64,000 bases of DNA from Octopus bimaculoides. Taxonomy: Eukaryota. The notes under the pieces were generated by a model. That model saw only the letters and a list, made by a program, of their open reading frames with translations. It made no database searches and was not told where the DNA came from. Shown one piece after another: positions 44,497 through 55,610 of the stretch. Within the stretch, counting starts at the first letter, position 1, and each line of letters begins with the position of its first letter. Where the stretch lies: assembly GCF_001194135.2 (NCBI RefSeq), contig NC_068984.1, positions 58,332,234 through 58,396,233 of the forward strand, in the 5' to 3' direction. A program made the translations under genes and the position numbers.

Positions 44497-45850
44497 GGAT
44501 GAATGGGTTCTTCTCGAAACCCTTCGCGATCGAGCGTTCGGTTCGCCAGGGCTGTTCCTTGTCCCGCTGCTGTATGTATTGGCTCTTGAGCCATTGCTGC
44601 GGAGGTTGGGGACTATGGGGGCAGACCCGCGTGATCTGTGTTACGATAGAAGTGCGACGGCATATGCGGATGATGTTAACATCATCGTGTCTGATGTAGG
44701 GCAGCTACCTCGTGTAGAAGACGCCATCAAAGGATACAATGTGATAGCAGGGGCAAAANNNNNNNNNNNNNNNNNNNNNNNNNNNNNNNNNNNNNNNNNN
44801 NNNNNNNNNNNNNNNNNNNNNNNNNNNNNNNNNNNNNNNNNNNNNNNNNNNNNNNNNNNNNNNNNNNNNNNNNNNNNNNNNNNNNNNNNNNNNNNNNNNN
44901 NNNNNNNNNNNNNNNNNNNNNNNNNNNNNNNNNNNNNNNNNNNNNNNNNNNNNNNNNNNNNNNNNNNNNNNNNNNNNNNNNNNNNNNNNNNNNNNNNNNN
45001 NNNNNNNNNNNNNNNNNNNNNNNNNNNNNNNNNNNNNNNNNNNNNNNNNNNNNNNNNNNNNNNNNNNNNNNNNNNNNNNNNNNNNNNNNNNNNNNNNNNN
45101 NNNNNNNNNNNNNNNNNNNNNNNNNNNNNNNNNNNNNNNNNNNNNNNNNNNNNNNNNNNNNNNNNNNNNNNNNNNNNNNNNNNNNNNNNNNNNNNNNNNN
45201 NNNNNNNNNNNNNNNNNNNNNNNNNNNNNNNNNNNNNNNNNNNNNNNNNGAACAACTGATGTCGGATGCGGAAAGAGTACGGCTCTCGACTGAGTCCATG
45301 ATTAAGATCGTACCGCCTTCTTCCTTCAACAAGGAAAAGAAGGCATCGTTTTTCTGCGTAGTAGCCATACTGAAAGAAACGGTGTAGACGACACGAGCGA
45401 AAGGGATTGGGACTGGTCACTTCATCTCCGGACACGGGTTGGTAAGTTATTTCAACTTCCACCTGCAGAGAAAGATCCGTCTGGAGAAAAAGTGGCTGTC
45501 GCAAAATACGTTCGGAAAAAGATGGATGTCAGTAGTAAGGAAGCTGAGGATGAATGGGACCGTGCTAGCATAGTCGGTCAAGGCGAAAAGGAAAAAAAGG
45601 AGAAAACTAAAGAGAAAAAAAAGCAAGAAATAAACCGGCGGGTTTACCATAAAAAATAACCCGGAATATTATCTTATAAATTTTTAATTGTATATAATTT
45701 TATTTCATCCTTTTATCCGATTTTTTTAACGATTTTTTCGATTTTTTTTCCATTTCATTGCAACTCAAACCATTTGTAAGAATGTAAGTGTTCGTCCCTT
45801 GTAGTGTCTCCTCTATGTATACCTTTATATGTAAATAAAGAAATTCTTTG
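44497..45850 (+). mobile_element. 5'-truncated L1/Tx1-clade LINE spanning an N gap
   Basis: SVRQGCSLS..YVLALEPLL..AYADDVNIIV RT core; C-terminal HLQRKIRLEKK..RW; AATAAA at 45834. Confidence 0.85.
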
Positions 45851-45965
45851 GTTCCAGACCTTTTAAGGTCTAGCCCACTGTCCACACAAGACACAGCCAG
45901 TTCCCGCAACAACGCCAGATGACAACACTCGTCCAACAGCAACATGCCCAGGTTCAATATAGCAC

Positions 45966-46570
45966 TGTTTGTGGATTACTTTATCATGGTTAACAGCGAA
46001 TATACAACCTGCGAGAACTCCTGCACCAAGTGACCCGAGCAACAGCATTACAGCCACAACTTCGTACGACATGTACCGCAACTCCGGCTCAGCATCATCG
46101 CCACAACTTCTTGATACAGTATTTCTATTACCATGTACAATTAACTACGAATTGGTATTTCTCATTCTTGTGTCTATGAGCACTCGTCTAACTTCTCATT
46201 ATAGACTCTTTCGTTGTTTTCTCCTTCATTGCTTTTCTTATATTACTTAACGCACACGCATACATCCATGCCTATGCACACATACACATTGTTCTCATGA
46301 CGGCCTGTCTATTATTCTGTATACATGACGCACACACAGACACACATATTAAACTATCAATAAAACCTTTCTTGAACAATCTATTGGGTTGTGCCTCTCT
46401 CTTTACCCTCTGGTACATATATGCATTATTTCAGCCTTCTGAACAGAGTCGTTATTAGATGGTTTCACCACGTGAGACCACAACAATCTATAATGGTATA
46501 GATCACAATTCCTTCAAAAATGGTAACCCCGACGTTCTAGATAACAATTCCTTCCATAATGGTGACCCAA
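45966..46570 (+). mobile_element. Gypsy-type LTR (45966-46485) followed by PBS-like tRNA-Trp matches
   Basis: TGTTTGTGG..CCACAACA termini, AATAAA at 46359, TGGTAACCCCGACGT at 46521-46535. Confidence 0.68.
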
Positions 46571-47029
46571 CTTAGAACACGCATTCCTTTCCGTAGTTCA
46601 GTGACAGCTTTCATTTTACTTCAATGACCAGCCGTTCTTTCTAATTTCTCCTCTTCTCTACAGAAATATCTTCCTTTTATCGTCTATTTTGTCTCCCACA
46701 AAATGATTTGTAAGGGCTATCTGTAGCGTACACTCTAGTGAAATTTCTCTCCCCTTTATTATATATATGGGCATTCGAACGTAGCAGATAACAGCTAGCT
46801 GTTGTGTCCACTACTCTGATTGGTTGATATTGGCACAATTTGTGTTTGTTCCCTCCACCGCTTGACAATCGGTGTTGGTTTGTTTACGTCACCATAAGCT
46901 AGCTGTTTGGAAAAAGAGACAAACACTATAAGTGCCAGATATAAAATAGATACTGGAGTCGATTAGTTCGATGAAACCCTTCGGGCTAGTGTCCTAGCAT
47001 GGTCGCTGTCCAATGACTGCAACAAGTAA

Positions 47030-47158
47030 AAGATAGATAGACAAACAGAAAGACAGACAGATAGATAGACAGATAGATAGACAGACAGACAGACAGATAG
47101 ACAGACAGATAGATAGACAGACAGACAGATAGATAGACAGACAGACAGATAGACAGAC

Positions 47159-47201
<43 letters not shown>

Positions 47202-47218
47202 GGTATAGACAGACAGAC

Positions 47219-47249
<31 letters not shown>

Positions 47250-47255
47250 CAGACA
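47030..47255. repeat. (GATA/GACA)n microsatellite; similar tract at 16370-16468 on the other strand
   Basis: Seen directly. Confidence 0.97.
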
Positions 47256-47786
47256 GGAGTCAGCAAACAAAGAAGTACGCAACACATTTCGTTGGAATCA
47301 CACTTGTTTAATAACAGTTATTGTCTGCAACATAGTGTCTAACCCCCATTGCTCCATCGGTTGTTGTATTTAGTCATACAGAATACTAATGAGAAGAAAG
47401 GAGCAAAAAAAAAAAAGGGAATGGAAAAAGGAACTATAAAGATATCCTCAGTCAGGAGTGATTGTACAATGCCGTCAGAGAAATGCCCTAAAGACTTTCT
47501 CAAACCAAGGTATTTACTTAATAGGAAGTACCTTTCAATATTTAGTTATTGTTTTCCAAGTAAACAACATCTAATTGTTACACTATATAAAAACATTCTT
47601 GCAAAACGAGAAGCACTAATTAGCTAGTAAGGGAGGTAACAAATTATCACTCGACTCGTTATTTCATAGTCAGGACACACACACAGTATTAGTAAAACTA
47701 TGTAATCAATACTTGGCTGATGTGAATTTAAGATTCGAACGTAATGAAGGAAAGACATCTAAATGAAGGAAGCTATAGAAAGAAAG

Positions 47787-47821
<35 letters not shown>

Positions 47822-48198
47822 ATTAATCGCTAGCTGAAAAATATCAGCTGTGATTGTAATCTTTTAAGACCCATCAGATATAATAGGTTGATAAATGTGC
47901 CATGCGTTTGTATGAGAGGACTCTTTCGAGGATGGTATCGTAATATTCGAAGTTCTATAAGGCGGCGAGTTGACAGGATCGTTAGCACGCTGGGCGAAAT
48001 GCTTAGTGGCATTTCGTCCGCCTTTACATTCTGAGTTCAAATTCCACCGAGATCGACTTTGCTTTTCATCTTTTCGGAGTCGATAAGGTAAGTACCAGCT
48101 GAATACTGTACTGGTACCGATGTAATCGACTTACACCCTCCCCATGATTTTCGGGGTTAGGGTGCTAAAATTCTACGTTAAGTTGGATATAAAGATTG

Positions 48199-48521
48199 TT
48201 TTTTGGTGCAAATACTGATTCCATCGTAAATAATTATTCTTTAATAAGCTTGCTGGCTATTTGTGACATCAACAACTGAAAAGACACTAATACTCTATAT
48301 ACTGTGGCAACGAGATATGGAGGGCTTGCGGTCATCGGATGCCTGCAACTGTAGAAGTCCAGTAGACTGAAATCATGTGATCTGGCAGTTCCAGCGTTCA
48401 TAATAGACGATTCTCGTCTACTGAGATATATGCTTGTGCTTTTTATTCCCCCTGCGTCTATACGAAAGACTTCTGAAGGCTAATACTGCAGTATTTGGCG
48501 TTCTAACAAGTCATCCACATG
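48199..48521 (-). mobile_element. Short retroposed insert with 19-bp TSD and oligo(A) end
   Basis: AAGTTGGATATAAAGATTG is identical at 48180-48198 and 48522-48540; T6 at the insert start. Confidence 0.7.
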
Positions 48522-48719
48522 AAGTTGGATATAAAGATTGCCTTTTAGATAGACAGGTATACACACACATACATATATGTATGTAAGTATACATACATAC
48601 ACACACACACAAATATATATATATATATATATATATCACCGAATCTCTCTCTATTTCTCTTTCTCTCTCATGTGTGTGTGTGTATGAAGATAATTGAGGA
48701 TTAAGCTGGTTTTTCACAT

Positions 48720-49400
48720 CACTGCAATCACGTATGAGCGCATTGATTCTTCATCTATCGCCGAGTTGGGCATATAGCTATAAAAACAGCTATTAGGAGA
48801 ATCGCGCTGATTTGATTGTGAAGCTGCGAAAACAGCTATAAGACAGGAAATTCATCCGAGACCGCTTAAGCGAAATCCGAATTTCCTCTGCTTTTCGCGC
48901 TAAAAGCGGCTGTATTTAAGGCTTTCGTTGAAAGAAAATTTTAGAACTTATCCCGTGAGCATAGTTTGAACGGTTTCGCTGTTAACATTCGTTGTTGATG
49001 TTTAATTCTCGGTTGACCTTGATTAAGTAATCCAAATGGTGAAGGCGATCCAACCCGTCTTCCTGTATGTCTAGTACTACAACGTCTGACGTATTCATCG
49101 TTTCTTTTTCGCTTTTTTTCTTTTAAAAGATAGAAGTGTGTGTGAAGCGAGATTTGGCCGTTATTTTTAGCACGTCGAACGACCATATATGGGCTCTTTC
49201 TTTAGCTCTTGCTACATTTGTTATTCAACTGCAGTTCAGCTCTGATCAAGTAAAAGCAAACTAATGATTAAACTGCATTCCCGTCGGTATGTTTTTGTCT
49301 TGTCTAGATAGCGCTTTTAGACTACACTATTTAAAGCGTCAGGACTCGCGGGACCGATTACCAGGTTTCTAAGGCGTATAAATGACCTAGAACTCAACAT
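48720..49400. promoter_or_regulatory. CpG-rich, promoter-like region with an E2F-like site (TTTTCGCGCTAAAA near 48892-48905)
   Basis: About 35 CpG in 48781-49380 by hand count; no transcript evidence available. Confidence 0.3.
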
Positions 49401-50485
49401 TGCTCTTCAACAAGACGCCACATTTACAGCTGAGTAAACTGGAACAACGTGTTTTGCTCAAGAACAAACTGCACCGTCCGGTCCGGGATCTTGCGATCAC
49501 GAGTGTAACATCTGAGCCATTAGGCCACGATTCTTATATATATATATTAGGATTATTTAGTTGCTTAGAGCAATCATGTGAATGCCTCTTCTTAAGCATG
49601 TGCTGTAAACATTTTTGAGTTCTTGTACAATACTGCGTAAAATTTCTGTGTAAATGTATTGGTATTGTTTCGCGCAGTCTAAAGTCTTACTATTTTGTTT
49701 AACTAAATTACAAATTCCATTGCGAACAAAGGCGATTTTTTTAATGTGCCATAATTATTTTAAAACATAACTGTTAATGTTACAACATTTTATTTGAATA
49801 TTTACAAAAAAAACAAAACAACAGAAGATGAAATTACAAACGTTATTCCAGTTTTTTTCCCTTCGAATGTTGTGGCGGGTAGAAATGGTAAAGTATTGGA
49901 CAATGTACCCTGTAGTGTTGTTTACTTATATTTCATTACACTTTGAGTTCATAGCCCAATTGAGTTAACTTCTTCCCGCCTGAATGGTTTAGCGCGTCAG
50001 ACAAAATACTTAGCGGTAATTCTTAACGTTCTGCGTTCAAATCCCGTTGAAGGCAACTTAGCACTTCATCCTTCCGTGTTGGTAGGATGAATTTATGCCA
50101 TATGAAATTATACAGCTATTTGAAGAATGAAATTTTAATCATTCAACAATGTATTGTAAGAGAGAAACGCAAGTAAAACCCATGTTGCGATTAAACGAAA
50201 CAAATACGATGTTTTTGCTTGTCCTGTTAAAATTCACAAACAGCTCGCAGGTTTTAAAATACCAGGGTAGCATGGCTTGGATACTTTTAATGGTAAGTTT
50301 GCACGAATAGAGCCGACATGAGGATAAATGACATGAAAGAATAAAACTCAAGACCGTAGACTAACATAACACTGATTTATTTTACTATGTACCAACACTC
50401 AACTTACAGTAGGGAAATTCCCGACAGAGTTATGAAAAATAAAGTTTCAAAAACGTGTTGCAGTATCACTGAAAAGCTATAAGTG

Positions 50486-50658
50486 CAGACCCGTCACCAA
50501 ACTTTGGTGCTTTGCTGGGTGCTTCAGAATATTCTGGGAGGGCACCAATTTGTATTGGGGAAAGATTTTTGTAAGCTGTATTTTCTAAATCTTAGGGTAC
50601 ACCTTTGAATAGTAAGGGGACAGTGTCGTCCAGTGCACCCCGCTTAGCGAAGGTCACG
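50486..50658. mobile_element. hAT-type MITE
   Basis: 8-bp TSD TATAAGTG/TATAAATG; imperfect CAG/CG-starting TIRs. Confidence 0.5.
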
Positions 50659-51630
50659 TATAAATGTCAAACATCCCGTCTTAGGCGGTCGGTTATAATA
50701 ATTCTGACACACAAACAGTATTAACTTCAGCATGAATACGTAATATTTTCCGAAGAGTGCAGGTTGAATATTGGAATTCGATCTCACAAATCTGGCAATC
50801 CGAAGATACTAAAAGGTGTCAACAGCGAAGTTTGTCACTGCCAACACTGTAAGATCATCTGTAGTGTACTAGACTTCATCAGTCTTTCGACCATTTAAGT
50901 ACTATGCATCTCTACAGGGCCGTCACAGTAGCATTATAGGTCCCCGGGCAAATCAAAGCACTGGGATTTATAGTAATTCATTTATTAACAGAAAGCCAGA
51001 GCTGACATAGATCAGAATTTGGCCCCTTAGATTTGTGGGGCTCCCGAACTCCTGCCCATTGTATTGCATCTCTGTCTCTGATTAATACTGCTTCGAGATG
51101 CCCTACTCAGTACCTCTTCTGATATTGCTTAAAAACTTTTTCGCTCTCCAACACGAACCAATCGCTACTCCCCCGATCCTTCTCATGTTCATCCACACTT
51201 CAAAATTGAATCCTCCTCTTAACGAATACTGCAAAACCATTGCACTCTTTCACCAACTCTGCATACTTTTTTCCGCTCTCTCTTTCACTTCTTCTATCTT
51301 TGTCTCTCACGGCGCAGTCAACTATATGTTGACCATTTGATGTGCCGCTTTTGACACAAGAACCAAGTCATGTTCACCACTTTTTTTTTTGGCATTGACT
51401 GATTCCCTTCCTCATCCTCTAACACTTTCCAAGTCAGCTGCTACTGCTAACAGGCACATACTGGAATCAGGTCTCTATCATGAGCTTGTTTTGACAACAT
51501 TGACGAGATTCCTAAGATTCTAAATCTACTTAGAAGAGGGCACAAATATTTCTGACATATTTAATATTCGTATCATATTCCTGATCTGAAGATATTTAGC
51601 GTTGCAACAAAAATGGTTGGTAGTTGTAAC

Positions 51631-51879
51631 CACTGGTTCAGGAACGAAATTTGTTTAGTGGGAGGGGGGCTGCAAACCCATGTTCAATTTTTTTACAAAG
51701 TCTTATTGTTTTTTTCATTATTTATTTTTGTTCTTTGAGAAGAAAACCTAACTTTTACAGATCATTTTTTACACAATATTTTCTAAATCTGAGAAAAGTA
51801 AGTAGCGGTGCAAATTTTGATTTTGCACCCCTCAAAAATCTTAGGACGTGCGCTCGCACCCCCTGTTTCCAGTCCCATG
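51631..51879. mobile_element. hAT-type MITE
   Basis: Perfect 8-bp TSD GTTGTAAC (51623-51630, 51880-51887); imperfect CA..AAC/GTT..TG ends. Confidence 0.6.
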
Positions 51880-54049
51880 GTTGTAACTAGATTTCAAAGA
51901 TTTACTTTCCTTCCGATGGTAGTGTAACAGCTCTAACATATAACCATGAGCTGCAAATGATAAATAATAATAAATAATTGATACGTGTTTTCGTTTGCTG
52001 ATAGATCTTGAGTATACGATTCCATATATAAATTATCTAATGATCATGCAGATGCAGTATGGCATTTTATTAAGATATTAGTCAAAATTATCCAGTCTTT
52101 GAACAATAAATGTACAACCTATGTTGTTCATTTCTAGCTGTGTTCGACAAATGGAAAATCAGCGCAGTTACATTACCGATCAAGTAAACTTTAATGTCAA
52201 GATTACTTAGATTATCCAGTACATTCATCAATATTAATGCTGGTGGGGTAAAATTTGAAGACTTGGCTACTATTTCTTGCAATTCGAATAACCTCATAGA
52301 AGGATCCCCTTTGGTTGGTTATACTTTGCAATAATTTCTATCTCCACACACACACTTTTAGCCGTTATAACAATATATCAAGAAATGGAGATGTGAGAGA
52401 CATTGGTCTATGTCATATTTTGTTGTTTAGTCTCACAAATCAGGAAATATGGCTGAACAAAATATGTTTTAAATCAAACGTAACTTTTTTTAAATTTCAC
52501 GTTAATTATTTTAATGTGAATTTCATAAATTTTAAATTGATATGCATTCGTTTTAAATGGAAAACATCTGATTTAAATTAAAGTTTATATAATTTAAATC
52601 ATAGTTCAGTCGTTTTAATTTGATATTTAGTTATTTTAGTTTGAAAATCATTTATCTTAATTTGAAAATCAGTTCTTTTAATTTGAGAGTCAAAAGGTAT
52701 AGATCAAATCTTTACACTGAATGGCATCGTTAGATACATCAACTCTGATCGAGATACTGCGCTGATCACAAAAAATGTAAAAGATCATTTGAATAAAGGA
52801 TATAACGCCACATGCAAATCTACATTACAATCCATGTAGTACTGACCAAGCTAAATTATCTCTTAAAACACTTAATGTGTCTGATTTTTATTAGGAAGCA
52901 AATTTTTTATACTCCATCTTCTAAAAAGGTTCCTGAACTGAAAAGCCACAAATTGCACCCCTCATGATATTTTTTTTTTTATGTTTCAATATTTCACCGG
53001 CGCTCTCCCAATGGCAATACACTACCGGCTTGAATTTCATATTTTGATGAAGTTTCTTTTGTATTTTGATCTGTTCGAGAGAAGAAGAATGATCCATATA
53101 CTGAAGCGCAATAGTTAACTGAAGAAAATCCACTGTATTAGCATGCGAAATTTCCAACAGTATCGTTACGTGATCTTGCACAATGCCCAGAAATAACGTA
53201 ATGTCTGCAGATCATCTATTGACAATGCAAGTCAATATTCTCGGTACAAGATATTGCAATTTCTGTATTACTACAAACAATGCAAGAATTGCATTCTTCT
53301 CAATTTGTTTAGTCAGTCAAACAAAAGATAACTAAAATTCGCAAGTCATCTTAATTATCCAAGGCTCCCTATTGATTAACGTGATGATGATCTTTGAACT
53401 GACACATATTTTCTTTTAATGTTTATAATTCTTAAGTGTCTTGTATTGTGTACTGTTCTCCTTAAACATATTTGCTTAGTTGTAGATTTTTTGTCGTCTA
53501 GATTTGGAGACTTACTGTCTCTGAGAGAGATTTTTGGAAGAACCCTACGGTGGAAGTACAAAAAATTTGTACCATATTAAGACGTATATAGCTAAGAAGT
53601 TCGTTTCGCAACTATGTAGTTCCAGGTTTGAAATTACTGAGCAGTGCCCTAGGAAGCAGATTCTACTGTAGCATTACGTTGAACAATGCCTTCTGAGAAG
53701 GCATTCGGTAGACGGAAACTCGTAGTGTTTATCTTTGTACTGACTAAAACTTTTGTCTCGTTGCAACAGTCCAACACACATACATACTATACTGTATAGT
53801 ATGTGTGTTGGACAACAATCCAACACACATGCTATAGAGCATCCCGTCTCCCCAGACCCCTTAGTACCTTAAATTATACGACTGGTAGGAGCTCCGCTAA
53901 TTTCATTCCACCTATCCCTTGGAGTACACATGCTTTACTTCTGACACATCAGAAACAGATAGGTAGATAGCAGAAAACATCCTTTTAAGTATTTCTTTTC
54001 ACATGTCACACATAACATCTCAAGGACCTAAGTTCCTCATGTCTTTGTG

Positions 54050-55610
54050 CATCATACGGCTCTCAAACTTTCCACCCTTCCAAACAGCATCTGGGCTTTT
54101 TGGGTCCTAGCTAAAAAAAAAAATCTCTATCAAATTTGCAAAGTCTACATTGCCTCCTCATCTAAACAATGAGAGTTGTGTAAGTAGTATCCCCATGAAG
54201 AAAGCCTCCAATTTCGTTTCACGCCTTACATCCAACTTCACACTATACAACTTTGACCATTCTCCTTCAAATCTACCCAATTCCAATCCACCATGTTCCC
54301 CATCCTGCATACGATCACATACCAAGTGCAGAAATATCTTCAGTTGTTCACACAAACAAGGTCATCGGCCCTGACAATATCCCTTCCACCATACTTATAC
54401 ATTGCGCCCTAGAACTTGCTCTTATACATACTGAACTTTTCAACCTTTCACTCTTTTCGAGGATATGCCTTAAAAATTTGGAAGTATGTCTCGGTGTGTC
54501 CCATTCCAAAGAAAGGCAATTCCTCTGACCCAGGCAACTATCGCCCAATTTTCTCACCTTTAAAATCTGTACGGTAATGGAAACAGCCATCAACAATGAC
54601 TATCTCCAGCATCTTGAATTTCTCTTCTCAATGACATTTAGTGAAGAGTTCGATGAAATTGGTGTTGCCCACGATACAACAGTAAAATTTTCAGCTGCGT
54701 CTAGCATGCAAATCTATCAAAACTTACCACTTATAGGTCCACCTGTCTCTCATCTTTTGAATCGGTAGCTTCCTATTTGATCGCAGCTTCGTAGTACATA
54801 TTGACGTGTGCTCTTTCAACCTCTTTCCCAATCAATTCTAGTGTTCCCCAGAGTTCTTTAACTCCATTTTACTTCTCTCCATATATATATATATAGATAT
54901 ATATCAATGGCTTACTTACCGCACCCATCCTACAACGTCTGCTCTTAAGCGAACGACATGGCCCTTCATTCTTCCTTAACTTTCTCCACTCATTAACCAT
55001 TCACAAGCCAAACTTGCTCCAATTCCATAAACGGAGACCGTGAGAGAGTCCTTAATTAGGGCCATGCCAACCTTGTCTCATCTAACAGCAAAAAAAATCT
55101 CAAGCACTTATATTTAGAAAATACAACGGCACCACGACCCCACTAAACATGAATGGTGTCTAGAACCCCCAAAACTGGCGCTCACTATCACCGAGGATCT
55201 CTCCTAATGAAAACGCATTCTTAGTATAGGTAGACTCGCATCTCCAAGACTAACCCTTTTTCAGAGCCTGAAAATATTTCAGCCCTAAACAGCTACTGAC
55301 ACTTTAAAAGGCTCAAGTAAGACCCACAATGGTGTACTACTTCCAGAGAGGGGGGCAGTGTTACTGCTACGCACAGAAATAACTCTGGACTGCAACCAGA
55401 GAAAACACTCAGCAAAATAATTTTCAGTTTAGGGACACATTTCAGCGTCCCATATCATCTCAACCGCATCTATAATGGTTTCTTCCTCAGACTTGGCAGG
55501 CCTCCTACTACTCATGTCACTCTTGGTATGCCCAAATCTCTTCACTAACCATTAATGCTCAGTCCTTTTTCCCAGGAAATTGGTCCCCTGGAATCTTCTC
55601 CTTGCTCCTG
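54050..55610 (+). mobile_element. Degenerate CR1/Jockey-group LINE ORF2 fragment
   Basis: KVIGPDNIP..CALELA..LFNLSL, PIPKKGNSSDPGNYRPI, KAQVRPTM motifs with many frameshifts. Confidence 0.8.

Noticed and set aside
42640-45504. ORFs of 170-290 aa rich in X
   Set aside because: They are open only because they cross N gaps (others at 18955-19139, 19851-20006, 28959-29086, 35950-36119).
53419-53630. Hydrophobic 53-aa ORF and an overlapping TIMP-like frame
   Set aside because: T-rich chance ORF; the downstream part is a decayed family B SINE head.
53685-53813. Short palindromes AATGCCTTCT-G-AGAAGGCATT and GTCCAACAC..GTGTTGGAC
   Set aside because: Short, and within or next to a decayed SINE and a CA/TG-rich tract; expected from repeat slippage.
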